Shown piece by piece: positions 1 through 15,233 of a stretch of 64,000 nt of DNA; position 1 is the stretch's first letter; every line of letters begins with the position of its first letter. A program made the position numbers and the translations under genes. The notes beneath the pieces were generated by a model. It saw only the letters and a program-made list of their open reading frames with translations. It did not search any database and was not told where the DNA came from. Source of the stretch: Eledone cirrhosa (Eukaryota); contig CAXHJY010000105.1 in the NCBI GenBank assembly GCA_964016885.1, positions 620,001 to 684,000 of the forward strand, written 5' to 3'.

Positions 1-3000
1 ACTTGACCTTACATAAGGATACAGAACACTTGACCTAACATAAGGATACAGAACCCTTGACCTAACATAAGGATACAGAAGACTTGACCTAACATAAGGA
101 TACAGAACCCTTGACCTAACATAAGGATACAGAACACTTGACCTAACAAAGGATACAGAACCCTTGACCTAACATAAGGATACAGAACCCTTGACCTAAC
201 ATAAAGGATACAGAAGACTTGACCTAACATAAGCATACAGAACCCTTGACCTAACATAAGGATACAGAACACTTGACCTAACATAAGATACAGAACCCTT
301 GACCTAACATAAGGATACAGAACCCTTGACCTAACATAAAGGATACAGAACCCTTGACCTAACAAGGATACAGAAGACTTGACCTAACATAAGGATACAG
401 AACCCTTGACCTAACATAAGGATACAGAACCCTTGACCTAACATAAGGATACAGAACCCTTGATCTAACATAAGGATACAGAAGACTTGACCTAACATAA
501 CCATACAGAACACTTGACCTAACAAGGATACAGAACACCTGACCTAACATAAGGATACAGATCACCTGACCTAACAAGGATACAGAACACTTGACCTAAC
601 ATAGGGATACAGAACACTTGACCTAACATAAGGATACAGAACACTTGACCTAACATAAGGATACAGAACACTTGACCTAACATAAGGATACAGAAACTTG
701 ACCTAACATAAGGATACAGAACACTTGACCTAATATAAGGATACAGAACACTTGACCTAAATATAATGATACAGAACACTTGACCTGACATAAGGATACA
801 GAACCTTGACCTAACAAGGATACAGAACACTTGACCTAACATAAGGATACAGAACCCTTGACCTAAATATAAGGATACAGAACACTTGACCTGACATAAG
901 GATACAGAACAGTTGACCTAACATAAGGATGCAGAACACTTGACCTAACATAAGGATACAGAACACTTGACCTAAATATAAGGATACAGAACACTTGACC
1001 TAACATAAGGATACAGAACACTTGACCTAACATAAGGATACAGAACCCTTGACCTAACATAAGGATACAGAACCCTTGACCTAACATAAGGATAGAGAAC
1101 ACTTGACCTAACATAAGGATAGAGAACACTTGACCTAACATAAGGATACAGAACATTTGACCTAACATAAGGATACAGAACCCTTGACCTAATTAAGGAT
1201 ACAGAACCCTTGACCTAACATAAGGATACAGAACCCTTGATCTAACATAAGGATACAGAAGACTTGACCTAACATAACCATACAGAACACTTGACCTAAC
1301 ATAAGGATACAGAACACCTGACCTAACATAAGGATACAGATCACCGGACCTAACGAGCATACAGAACACCTGACCTAACATAAGGATACAGAACACCTGA
1401 CCTGACATAAGGATACAGAACACTTGACTTAACGTAAGGATACAGAACACTTGACCTAACGTAAGGATACAGAACACTTGACCTAACATAAGGATACAAA
1501 ACCCTTGACCTGATATAAGGATACAGAACACTTGACCTAACATAAGGATACAGAACACTTGACCTAACATAAGGATACAGAACACCTGACCTAACAAGGA
1601 TACAGAACACTTGACCTAACATAAGGATACAGAACACTTGACCTAACATAAGGATACAGAACACTTGACCTAACATAAGGATACAGAACCCTTGACCTAA
1701 CGTAAGGATACAGAACACTTGACCTAACATAAGGATACAAAACACTTGACCTAACATAGGGATACAGAACCCTTGACCTAACATAGGGATACAGAACACT
1801 TGACCTAACAAGGATACAGAACCCTTGACCTAACATAAGGATACAGAACCCTTGAGCTAACATAATGATACAGAACACTTGACCTAACATAAGGATACAG
1901 TACACTTGACCTAACGTAAGGATACAAAACACTTGACCTAACATAAGGATACAAAATACTTGACCTAACATAGGGATACAGAATCCTTGACCTAACATAG
2001 GGATACAGAACACTTGACCTAACATAAGGATACAGAACCCTTGACCTAACATAAGAATACAGAACCCTTGACCTAACATAAGGATACAGAAACTTGACCT
2101 AACATAAGGATACAGAACACTTGACCTAATATAAGGATACAGAACATTTGACCTAACATAAGGATACAGAACACGTGACCTAACAAAGATACAGAACACT
2201 TGACCTGACATAAGAGATACAGAACCCTTGACCTAACAAGGATACAGAACACTTGACCTAACATAAGGATACAGAACACTTGACCTAACATAAGGATACA
2301 GAACTCTTGACCTAACATAAGGATACAGAACACTTGACCTAACATAAGGATACAGAACACGTGACCTAACTTAAGGATACAGAACACTTGACCTAAATAT
2401 AAGGATACAGAACCCTTGACCTGACATAAGGATACAGAACCCTTGACCTAACAAGGATACAGAACACTTGAACTAACATAAGGATACAGAACCCTTGACC
2501 TAACATAAGGATACAGAACACTTAACCTAACATAAGGATACAGAACTCTTGACCTAACAGGGATACAGAACACTTGACCCAACATAAGGATACAGAACAC
2601 TTGACCTAACATAAGGATACAGAACAATTGACCTAAATATAAGGATACAGAACACTTGACCCAACATAAAGATACAGAACAGTTGACCTAACATAAGGAT
2701 GCAGAACACTTGACCTAACATAAGGATACAGAACACTTGACCTAACATAAGGATACAGAACACTTGACCTAACATAAGGATACAGAACACTTGACCTAAC
2801 ATAAGGATACAGAACACCTGACCTAACATAAGGATACAGAACACCTGACCTGACATAAGGATACAGAACACTTGATTTAACGTAAGGATACAGAACACTT
2901 GACCTAACGTAAGGATACAGAACACTTGACCTAACATAAGGATACAAAAGAATTGACCTAACATAAGGATACAGAACCCTTGACCTGACATAAGGATACA

Positions 3001-6000
3001 GAACACTTGACCTAACATAAGGATACAGAACACTTGACCTAACATAAGGATACATAACACCTGACCTAACAAGGATACAGAACACTTGACCTAACATAAG
3101 GATACAGAACCCATGACCTAACATAAGGATACAGAACACCTGACCTCACATTAGGATACAGAACACTTGACCTAAAATAAGGATACAGAACACCTGACCT
3201 AACAAGGATACAGAACACTTGACTTAACATAAGGATACAGAACACTTGACCTAACATAAGGATACAGAACACCTGACCTAACATAAGGATACAGAACACT
3301 TGACCTAACATAAGCATACAGAACCCTTGACCTATCATAAGGATATAGAACCCTTGACATAACATAAGGATACAGAACCCTTGACCTAACATAAGGATAG
3401 AGAACCCTTGACCTAACATAAGGATACAGAACACCTGACCTAACAAAGATATAGAACCCTTGACCTAACATAAGGATACAGAACACTTGACCTAATGTAA
3501 GGATACAGAACACCTGACCTAACATAAGGATACAGAACACTTGACCTAACATAAGCATACAGAACCCTTGACCTAACATAAGGATACAAAACACTTGACC
3601 TAACATAAGGATCAAGAACACATGACCTAACATAAGGATACAAAACACTTGACCTAACATAGGGATACAGAACCCTTGACCTAACATAGGGATACAGAAC
3701 ACTTAACCTAACATAAGGATACAGAACCCTTGACCTAACATAAGGATACAGAACCCTTGACCTAACATAATGATACAGAACACGTGACCTAACATAAGGA
3801 TACAGTACCCTTGACCTAACGTAAGGATACAAAACACTTGACCTAACATAAGGATACAAAATACTTGACCTAACATAGGGATACAGAATCCTTGACCTAA
3901 CATAGGGATACAGAACACTTGACATAACATAAAGGATACAGAACCCTTGACCTAACATAAAGGATACAGAACCCTTGACCTAACAAGGATACAGAAGACT
4001 TGACCTAACATAAGGATACAGAACCCTTGACCTAACATAAGGATACAGAACCCTTGACCTAACATAAGGATACAGAACCCTTGACCTAACATAAAGGATA
4101 CAGAACCCTTGACCTAACAAGGATACAGAAGACTTGATCTAACATAAGGATACAGAACCCTTGACCTAACATAAGGATACAGAACCCTTGACCTAACATA
4201 AGGATACAGAAACTTGACCTAATATAAGGATACAGAATACTTGACCTAATATAAGGATACAGAACACTTGACCTAACATAAGGATACAGAACACGTGACC
4301 TAACATAAAGATACAGAACACGTGACCTAACATAAGGATACAGAACACTTGACCTAAATATAAGGATACAGAACACTTGACCTGACATAAGGATACAGAA
4401 CCCTTGACCTAACAAGGATACAGAACACTTGACCTAACATAAGGATATAGAACACTTCACCTAACATAAGGATACAGAAGACTTGACCTAACATAAGGAT
4501 ACAGAACACTTGACCTAACATAAGGATACAGAACACTTGACCTAACATAAGGATACAGAACCCTTGACCTAACATAAGGATACAGAACACTTGACCTGAC
4601 ATAAGGATACAGAACACTTGACCTAACATAAGGATACAGAACACTTGACCTAACATAAGGATACAGAACACTTGACCTAACATAAGGATACAGAACACTT
4701 GACCTAACATAAGGATGCAGAACATTTGACCTAACATAAGGATACAGAATCCTTGACCTAACATAAGGATACAGAACCCTTGACCTAACATAAGGATACA
4801 GAACCCTTGATCTAACATAAGGATACAGAAGACTTGACCTAACATAACCATACAGAACACTTGACCTAACATAAGGATACAGAACACCTGACCTAACATA
4901 AGGATACAGATCACCGGACCTAACGAGGATACAGAACACCTGACCTAACATAAGGATACAGAACACCTGACCTGACATAAGGATACAGAACACTTGACTT
5001 AACGTAAGGATACAGAACACTTGACCTAACGTAAGGATACAGAACACTTGACCTAACGTAAGGATACAGAACACTTGACCTAACATAAGGATACAGAAGA
5101 ATTCACCTAACATAAGGATACAGAACCCTTGACCTGACATAAGGATACAGAACACTTGACCTAACATAAGGATACAGAACACTTGACCTAACATAAGGAT
5201 ACATAACACCTGACCTAACAAGGATACAGAACACTTGACCTAACATAAGGATACAGAACCCATGACCTAACATAAGGATACAGAACACCTGACCTCACAT
5301 TAGGATACAGAACACTTGACCTAACATAAGGATACAGAACACTTGACCTAACATAAGGATACAGAACCCTTGACCTAACGTAAGGATACAAAACACTTGA
5401 CCTAACATAAGGATACAGAACACTTGACCTAACATAAGGATACAGAACACTTGACCTAACATAAGGATACAGAACCCTTGACCTAACGTAAGGATACAAA
5501 ACACTTGACCTAACATAAGGATACAGAACACTTGACCTAACATAAGGATACAGAACCCTTGACCTAACATAAGGATACAGAACCCTTGACCTAACATAAG
5601 GATACAAAACACTTGACCTAACATAAGGATACAGAACACTTGACCTAACATAAGGATACAAAACACTTGACCTAACATAAGGATCAAGAACACATGACCT
5701 AACATAAGGATACAAAACACTTGACCTAACATAGGGATACAGAACCCTTGACCTAACATAGGGATACAGAACACTTAACCTAACATAAGGATACAGAACC
5801 CTTGACCTAACATAAGGATACAGAACCCTTGACCTAACATAATGATACAGAACACGTGACCTAACATAAGGATACAGTACCCTTGACCTAACGTAAGGAT
5901 ACAAAACACTTGACCTAACATAAGGATACAAAATACTTGACCTAACATAGGGATACAGAATCCTTGACCTAACATAGGGATACAGAACACTTGACATAAC

Positions 6001-9000
6001 ATAAGGATACAGAACCCTTGACCTAACATAAGGATACAGAACCCTTGACCTAACATAAGGATACAGAAACTTGACCTAATATAAGGATACAGAACACTTG
6101 ACCTAATATAAGGATACAGAACACTTGACCTAACATAAGGATACAGAACACGTGACCTAACATAAAGATACAGAACACGTGACCTAACATAAGGATACAG
6201 AACACTTGACCTAAATATAAGGATACAGAACACTTGACCTGACATAAGGATACAGAACCCTTGACCTAACAAGGATACAGAACACTTGACCTAACATAAG
6301 GATATAGAACACTTCACCTAACATAAGGATACAGAAGACTTGACCTAACATAAGGATACAGAACACTTGACCTAACATAAGGATACAGAACACTTGACCT
6401 AACATAAGGATACAGAACCCTTGACCTAACATAAGGATACAGAACACTTGACCTGACATAAGGATACAGAACACTTGACCTAACATAAGGATACAGAACA
6501 CTTGACCTAACATAAGGATACAGAACACTTGACCTAACATAAGGATACAGAACACTTGACCTAACATAAGGATGCAGAACATTTGACCTAACATAAGGAT
6601 ACAGAATCCTTGACCTAACATAAGGATACAGAACCCTTGACCTAACATAAGGATACAGAACCCTTGATCTAACATAAGGATACAGAAGACTTGACCTAAC
6701 ATAACCATACAGAACACTTGACCTAACATAAGGATACAGAACACCTGACCTAACATAAGGATACAGATCACCGGACCTAACGAGGATACAGAACACCTGA
6801 CCTAACATAAGGATACAGAACACCTGACCTGACATAAGGATACAGAACACTTGACTTAACGTAAGGATACAGAACACTTGACCTAACGTAAGGATACAGA
6901 ACACTTGACCTAACGTAAGGATACAGAACACTTGACCTAACATAAGGATACAGAAGAATTGACCTAACATAAGGATACAGAACCCTTGACCTGACATAAG
7001 GATACAGAACACTTGACCTAACATAAGGATACAGAACACTTGACCTAACATAAGGATACATAACACCTGACCTAACAAGGATACAGAACACTTGACCTAA
7101 CATAAGGATACAGAACCCATGACCTAACATAAGGATACAGAACACCTGACCTCACATTAGGATACAGAACACTTGACCTAACATAAGGATACAGAACACT
7201 TGACCTAACATAAGGATACAGAACACTTGACCTAACATAAGGATACAGAACCCTTGACCTAACGTAAGGATACAAAACACTTGACCTAACATAAGGATAC
7301 AAAACACTTGACCTAACATAGGGATACAGAACCCTTGACCTAACATAGGGATACAGAACACTTGACCTAACATAAGGATACAGAACCCTTGACCTAACAT
7401 AAGGATACAGAACCCTTGACCTAACAATGATACAGAACACTTGACCTAACATAAGGATACAGAACCCTTGACCTAACGTAAGGATACAAAACACTTGACC
7501 TAACATAAGGATACAAAACACTTGACCTAACATAGGGATACAGAACCCTTGACCTAACATAGGGATACAGAACACTTGACCTAACATAAGGATACAGAAC
7601 CCTTGACCTAACATAAGGATACAGAACACTTGACCTAACATAAAGGATACAGAACCCTTGACCTAACAAGGATACAGAACACTTGACCTAACATAAGGAT
7701 ACAGAACCCTTGACCTAACATAAGGATACAGAACACCTGACCTAACATAAGGATACAGAACACTTGACCTAACGTAAGGATACAGAACACCTGACCTAAC
7801 ATACGGATACAGAACACCTGACCTAACATAAGGATACAGAACACTTGACCTAACATAAGGATACAGAACACTTGACCTAACATAAGGATACAGAACACTT
7901 GACCTAACGTAAGGATACAGAACCCTTGACCTAACATAAAGATATAGAACACTTGACCTAACAAGGATACAGAACCCTTGACCTAACATAAGGATACAGC
8001 ACACCTGACCTAACATAAGGATACAGAACACTTGACCTAACAAGGATACAGAACACTTGACCTAACATAAGGATACAGAACACTTGACCTAACACAAGGA
8101 TACAGAACACTTGACCTAACCTAAGGATACATAACACTTGACCTAACATAAGGATACAAAACACTTGACCTAACATAGGGATACAGAACCCTTGACCTAA
8201 CATAGGGATACAGAACACTTGACCTAACATAAGGATACAGAACCCTTGACCTAACATAAGGATACAGAACACCTGACCTAACAAGAATACAGAACACTTG
8301 ACCTAACATAAGGATACAGAACACTTGACCTATCATAAGGATATAGAACCCTTGACCTAACATAAGGATACAGAACCCTTGACCTAACATAAGGATAGAG
8401 AACCCTTCACCTAACATAAGGATACAGAACACCTGACCTAACATAAAGATATAGAACCCTTGACCTAACATAAGGATACAGAACCCTTGACCTAACATAA
8501 GGATAGAGAACCCTTGACCTAACATAAGGATACAGAACACCTGACCTAACCAAGATATAGAACCCTTGAACTAACATAAGGATACAGAACACTTGACCTA
8601 ACGTAAGGATACAGAACACCTGACCTAACATAAGGTTACAGAACCCTTGACCTAACATAAGGATAGAGAACCCTTGACCTAACATAAGCATACAGAACCC
8701 TTGACCTAACATAAGGATACAGAACACTTGACCTAACATAAAGGATACAGAACCCTTGACCTAACAAGGATACAGAAGACTTGACCTAACATAAGCATAC
8801 AGAACCCTTGACCTAACATAAGGATACAGAACACCTGACCTAACATAAGGATACAGAACACTTGACCTAACGTATGGATACAGAACACCTGACCTAACAT
8901 ACGGATACAGAACACCTGACCTAACATAAGGATACAGAACACCTGACCTAACATAAGGATACAGAACACTTGACCTAACATAAGGATACAGAACACTTGA

Positions 9001-12000
9001 CCTAACATAAGGATACAGAACACTTGACCTAACGTAAGGATACAGAACCCTTGACCTAACATAAAGATATAGAACACTTGACCTAACAAGGATACAGAAC
9101 CCTTGACCTAACATAAGGATACAGCACACCTGACCTAACATAAGGATACAGAACACTTGACCTAACAAGGATACAGAACACTTGACCTAACATAAGGATA
9201 CAGAACACTTGACCTAACACAAGGATACAGAACACCTGACCTAACATAAGGATACAGATCACCTGACCTAACAAGAATACAGAACACCTGACCTAACATA
9301 AGGATACAGAACACCTGACCTAACATAAGGATACAGATCACCTGACCTAACAAGAATACAGAACACCTGACCTAACATAAGGATACAGAACACCTGACCT
9401 AACATAAGGATACAGATCACCTGACCTAACAAGAATACAGAACACTTGACCTAACATAAGGATACAGAACACTTGACCTAACAAAAGGATACAGAACACT
9501 TGACCTAACCTAAGGATACATAACACTTGACCTAACATAAGGATACAGAACACTTGACCTAATGTGAGGATACAGAACACCTGACCTAACATAAGGATAC
9601 AGAAAACCTGACCTAACATAAGCATACAGAACCCTTGACCTAACATAAGGATACAGAACAACTGACCTAACAAAGATACAGAACACCTGACCTAACATAA
9701 GGATACAGAAGACCTGACCTAACAGAAGGATACAGAAAACTTGACCTAACATAAGGATACAAAACCCTTGACCTAACATAAGGATACAGAACCCTTGACC
9801 TAACATAAGGATACAGAACCCTTCACCTAACATAAGGATACAGAACCGTTGACCTAACATAAGGATACAGAACCCTTGACTTAACATAAGGATACAGAAC
9901 ATTTGACCTAATATAAGGATACAGAACCCTTGACCTAACATAAGGATACAGAACACTTGACCTAACATAAGCGTACAGAACACTTGACCTAACATAAGGA
10001 TACAGAACACCTAAACTAACATAAGGATACAGAACACTTGACCTAACATAAGGATACAGAACACTTGACCTAACATAAGGATACAGAACACCTGACGTAA
10101 CATAAGGATACAGAAACCTTGACCTAACATAAGTATACAGAACCCTTGACCTAACATAAGGATACAGAACACTTGACCTAACATAAGGATACAGAACACT
10201 TGACCTAACATAAGGATACAGAACCCTTGACCTAACATAAGGATACAGAACCCTTGACCTAACATAAGGATACAGAACCCTTGATCTAACATAAGGATAC
10301 AGAAGACTTGACCTAACATAACCATACAGAACACTTGACCTAACATAAGGATACAGTACACCTGACTTAACATAAGGATACAGATCACCGGACCTAACGA
10401 GGATACAGAACACCTGACCTAACATAAGGATACAGAACACCTGACCTGACAAGGATACAGAACACTTGACCTAACATAGGGATACAGAAACCTTGACCTA
10501 ACATAAGGATACAGAACCCTTGACTTAACGTAAGGATACAGAACACTTGACCTAACATAAGGATACAGAACACCTGACCTAACATAAGGATACAGAACAC
10601 CTGACCTAACAAGGATACAGAACACTTGACCTAACATAGGGATACAGAAACCTTGACCTAACATAAGGATACAGAACACCTGACCTAACAAGGATACAGA
10701 ACACTTGACCTAACATAAGGACACAGATCACTTGACCTAACATAAGGATACAGAACACCTGACCTAACATAAGGATACAGAACACTTGACCTAACGTAAG
10801 GATACAGAACACTTGACCTAACGTAAGGATACAGAACACTTGACCTAACATAAGGACACAGATCACTTGACCTAACATAAGGATACAGAACCCTTGACCT
10901 AACATAAGGATACAGAACACCTGACCTAACAAGGATACAGAACACTTGACCTAACATAAGGATACAGAACACTTGACCTGACATAAGGATACAGAACCCT
11001 TGACCTAACAAGGATACAGAACACTTGACCTAACATAAGGATACAGAACACTTGACCTAACATAAGGATACAGAACCCTTGACCTAACATAAGGATACAG
11101 AACACCTGACCTAACAAGGATACAGAACACTTGACCTAACATAAGGATACAGAACACTTGACCTGACATAAGGATACAGAACCCTTGACCTAACAAGGAT
11201 ACAGAACACTTGACCTAACATAAGGATACAGAACACTTGACCTAACATAAGGATACAGAACCCTTGACCTAACATAAGGATACAGAACACCTGACCTAAC
11301 AAGGATACAGAACACGACCTAACATAAGGATACAGACCACTTGACCTGACATAAGGATACAGAACCCTTGACCTAACAAGGATACAGAACACTTGACCTA
11401 ACATAAGGATACAGAACACTTGACCTAACATAAGGATACAGAACACTTGACCTAACATAAGGATACAGAACACCTGACCTAACATAAGGATACAGAACAC
11501 TTGACCTAACATAAGGATACAGAACACTTGATCTAACATAAGGATACAGAACACTTGACTTAACATAAGGATACAGAACACTTGACCTAACATAAGGATA
11601 CAGTACCCTTGACCTAACATAAGGATACAGTACCCTTGACCTAACGTAAGGATACAAAACACTTGACCTAACATAAGGATACAAAATACTTGACCTAACA
11701 TAGGGATACAGAATCCTTGACCTAACATAGGGATACAGAACACTTGACCTAACATAAGGATACAGAACCCTTGACCTAACATAAGGATACAGAACACTTG
11801 ACCTAATATAAGGATACAGAACACCTGACCTAACATAAGCATACAGAACACGTGACCTAACATAAAGGATACAGAACACTTGACCTAAATATAAGGATAC
11901 AGAACACTTGACCTGACACAAGGATACAGAACCCTTGACCTAACAAGAATACAGAACACTTGACCTAACATAAGGATACAGAACCCTTGACCTAACATAA

Positions 12001-13124
12001 AGATACAGAACACTTGACCTAACATAAGGATACAGAACTCTTGACCTAACATAAGGATACAGAACTCTTGACCTAACATAGGGATACAGAACACTTGACC
12101 TAACATAAGGATACAGAACACTTGACCTAACATAAGGATACAGAACTCTTGACCTAACATAGGGATACAGAACACTTGACCTAACATAAAGATACAGAAC
12201 ACTTGACCTAACATAAGGATACAGAACTCTTGACCTAACATAGGGATACAGAACACTTGACCTAACATAAGGATACAGAACACTTCACCTAACATAAGGA
12301 TACAGAAGACATGACCTGACATAAGGATACAGAACACTTGACCTAACATAAGGATACAGAACACTTGACCTAACATAAGGATACAGAACATTTGACCTAA
12401 CATAAGGATACAGAACCCTTGACCTAACATAAGGATACAGAACCCTTGACCTAACATAAGGATACAGAACACTTGACCTAACATAAGGATACAGAACACC
12501 TGACCTCACATAAGGATACAGAACACTTGACCTAACATAAGGATACAGAACATTTGACCTAACATAAGGATACAGAACCCTTGACCTAACATAAGGATAC
12601 AGAACCCTTGACCTAACATAAGGATACAGAACACTTGACCTAACATAAGGATACAGAACACCTGACCTCACATAAGGATACAGAACACTTGACCTAACAT
12701 AAGCATACAGAACCCTTGACCTATCATAAGGATATAGAACCCTTGACCTAACATAAGGATACAGAAAACTTGACCTAACATAAGGATACAGAACACTTGA
12801 CTTAACATAAGGATACAGAACACTTGACCTAACATAAGGATACAGAACACTTGACCTAACATAAGGATACAGAACACTTGACCTAACATAAGGATACAGA
12901 ACACTTGACCTGACATAAGGATACAGAACCCTTGACCTAACAAGGATACAGAACACTTGACCTGACATAAGGATACAGAACCCTTGACCTAACATAAGGA
13001 TACAGAACACTTGACCTAACATAAGGATACAGAACCCTTGACCTAACATAAGGATACAGAAACCTTGACCTAACATAAGGATACAGAACACTTGACCTAA
13101 CATAAGGATACAGAACACTTGACC
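1..13124. repeat. Satellite 1: 27-bp tandem array (ACTTGACCTAACATAAGGATACAGAAC), >=485 copies, runs off the left edge; intronic to the minus-strand gene
   Basis: Clear 27-nt periodicity with 25/28-nt indel variants; array ends at ...GACCT|TCCAATG near 13124. Confidence 0.98.
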
Positions 13125-13184
13125 TTCCAATGTGTATAACATATGTAATAGCAGTGGGTGTGAGATGGGGGTGACTCTGGAGAA

Positions 13185-13415
13185 CTCTTCTTCTTCTCTC
13201 ATATTCCTGAGAGGGTCGTGGGGCCAGAGTCCTGAAACACTCCCTCCAGCAGGTCCTGTCAGAAGCAACCGTCTCCAACTGATCCAGCTGGATCCTCAAG
13301 CGATACCAGCCAAACTCATGGATGTTATCCAACTATCTTGCTCGGGGTCTACCCCTGGGTCTCCTGCCGGTTGGTTTTGCCCATAAAATCTGTGTAGTAA
13401 TTCTTTCCAGAGTAC
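13185..13415 (-). mobile_element. Degenerate RTE-clade LINE 3' fragment
   Basis: Minus strand reads TLERITTQILWAKPTGRRPRGRPRAR*LDNIHEFG...ASDRTCWR, the RTE C-terminal GRPR..W..D / DR..WR motif with W mutated to TAG, followed by a (GAA)n-like tail. Confidence 0.75.
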
Positions 13416-13681
13416 TACGATTAGAAAAATGGGGAGACAACTCTAGAGAAATATTAGGAAAAAAGGAGGGGGGAGGAGTACCGATTGTTGTGTTTAGCAA
13501 GTGTAGAAACATTGAGGCTGAGGGAGGGGCTTAACTCTGGAGAACTATGACTAAAAAAGGGGGCTACTGATTGCTGTGTTGGGTTTACGTACCAATGTGT
13601 TTAGTGTGTACAAACTGGGGGAGAACTATTAGAAAAGGAGAGGTTGTGGGGGAGAAACTACTGTATGTTAAGTCTACGTAC

Positions 13682-13812
13682 CAATGTTAGACTTTTCCGG
13701 CACAATAGGAATATCTGTCTGGACTGCAACTGTTTCAACTGATTTCCGTTCCTGACTGTACAACATCTGTTCTTGTTCAATAAGGATGGAGAATAACCTT
13801 GACCGGACAGCG
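13682..13812 (-). CDS. Host gene coding exon (131 nt): (F)AVRSRLFSILIEQEQMLYSQERKSVETVAVQTDIPIVPEKSNI
   Basis: Acceptor ttctattttctatgaaAG, donor G|GTACGT. Phase-2 start completes TT+C (Phe) from exon 15061-15233; no stops. Confidence 0.85.
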
Positions 13813-13882
13813 CTTTCATAGAAAATAGAAAGTTAAGATACACACTGACACAAATACATATATATACATACACATACACATT

Positions 13883-14032
13883 ATCATCATCATCATCATC
13901 ATTTTACGTCCGCTTTTCTCTGCTTGCACGGGTTGGACGTGTCCTATTCAGCACAGCATCTCTCCACCCGTCACGGTCCTTCGTCATCTCCCCCGTGAGT
14001 TTCAGCGATCTGAGGTCTGCTCTCACCACCTC
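13883..14032 (-). mobile_element. RTE LINE 3' end with (ATG)n tail
   Basis: Minus strand EVVRADLRSLKLTGEMTKDRDGWRDAVLNRTRPTRASREKRT* followed by AATGATGATGATG. Confidence 0.8.
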
Positions 14033-14309
14033 CATATATATATATTTAATTACATAATAAACAACACAATATAATTATTTTATTACCAAAGGTTTCAAGA
14101 AACTGATGGTTCTTGTAGAAACGTCCAGCCCGTTCATCAGATAAAATAATTATATATATATATATATATATATAACGGGTGAATTCCCAATGGGTATCGT
14201 GAGGTGACCACAGAAAAGGCACTCAATACATTAGTAGAGTATAGGCATCGTTATTTTATATAGAAATGACTTCTACAGAACTAAAACTGTTTCATTGACA
14301 TGAAATCAC

Positions 14310-14600
14310 TTTTCTTTTTATCAACCTCAGCAAGATGAAAGGCAAAGTTGACCGTGGTGGGACTTGAACTGAGAGAGAGCCAGAACAAACACCACAAGGT
14401 ATTTTATCCCACCTTCTAACAACTCTGTCAAGTCACCACCTACCTGAAAAATATAGTAGGAAAACTTGTTTTGTAAATAATAATAATGGTTTCTTCTTTA
14501 AGCACAAGGCCAGCAATTTTTGGGGGAGGGGGAAAGTCAATTAAATCGACCCCAGTGTATTACTGGTACTTTATTTTATCGACCCCATAAGACAAAGCCA
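14310..14600 (-). mobile_element. Two fragments of a tRNA-derived SINE (octopus-type)
   Basis: GATGAAAGGCAAAGTTGACC...CTTGAACT (reverse-complement B box) and ATCGACCCCAGT...CTGGTACTTTATTTTATCGACCCC; same motifs recur at 56690-56757. Family assignment is from memory. Confidence 0.7.
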
Positions 14601-14635
14601 ACCAGATAGATTTGAACTAAGACCATAAAGCCGCG

Positions 14636-15037
14636 CTACCACCACCACTACCATTACCACCACCATTACCATTACCACCATTACCACCACCACCACTACC
14701 ATTACCATTACCACCACCACCACCACCACCACCACCACCACCACTACCATTACCATTACCACCACCACCACCACCACCATTACCACCACCATTACCACCA
14801 CCACCACCACTACCACCACCACCACCACCATTACCACCACCACCACTACCACCACCATTACCACACCTACCACCACCATTACCATTACCACCATTACCAC
14901 CACCACCACCACCACCACCATTACCACCACCACCATTACCACCACCACCACCACTACCACCACCACCACCACCACCATTACCATTACCACCACCACCACC
15001 ACCATTACCACCACTACCACCACCATTACCACCACCC
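14636..15037. repeat. Compound (ACC/ATT/ACT)n microsatellite
   Basis: Trinucleotide array starting ~23 nt into the intron after the donor at 15060. Confidence 0.95.
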
Positions 15038-15060
15038 ACACTAATATCTCTTTTACTTAC

Positions 15061-15233
15061 AATTCCACACTGGTGCTAAGGATCATAGATTTCATCTCTC
15101 TCCTGAGGAAACCAGTAAATTCTGAAGACAGATTCTGTAAACAAGTGAGACCTGCTACCGTCCAGAAGTCAAGGAATGAATGTTGGTAGAGACTACACAG
15201 GTTAGTGTCAGTGTGGGGCGGGGAGTTGTTGGG
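15061..15233 (-). CDS. Host gene coding exon (173 nt): PNNSPPHTDTNLCSLYQHSFLDFWTVAGLTCLQNLSSEFTGFLRREMKSMILSTSVE(F)
   Basis: Acceptor cactaacctatgttatctctttatttcAG, donor TT|GTAAGT. Phase 0 in and phase 2 out match both neighbours. Confidence 0.88.

Noticed and set aside
9-13120. Many MLGQVFCIL / VRSSVLYPY ORFs
   Set aside because: Stop-free frames of a 27-bp satellite, shifting frame at every indel variant.
14100-14142. CTGATGG..GAAACGTC..TTCATCAG hammerhead-like pieces
   Set aside because: Core elements are not in a workable order on either strand and stems are missing; at most a scrambled remnant.
14571-15041. Gly-rich and Val-rich ORFs
   Set aside because: Microsatellite lying after a canonical GTAAGT donor; read-through from the exon hits TAA immediately.
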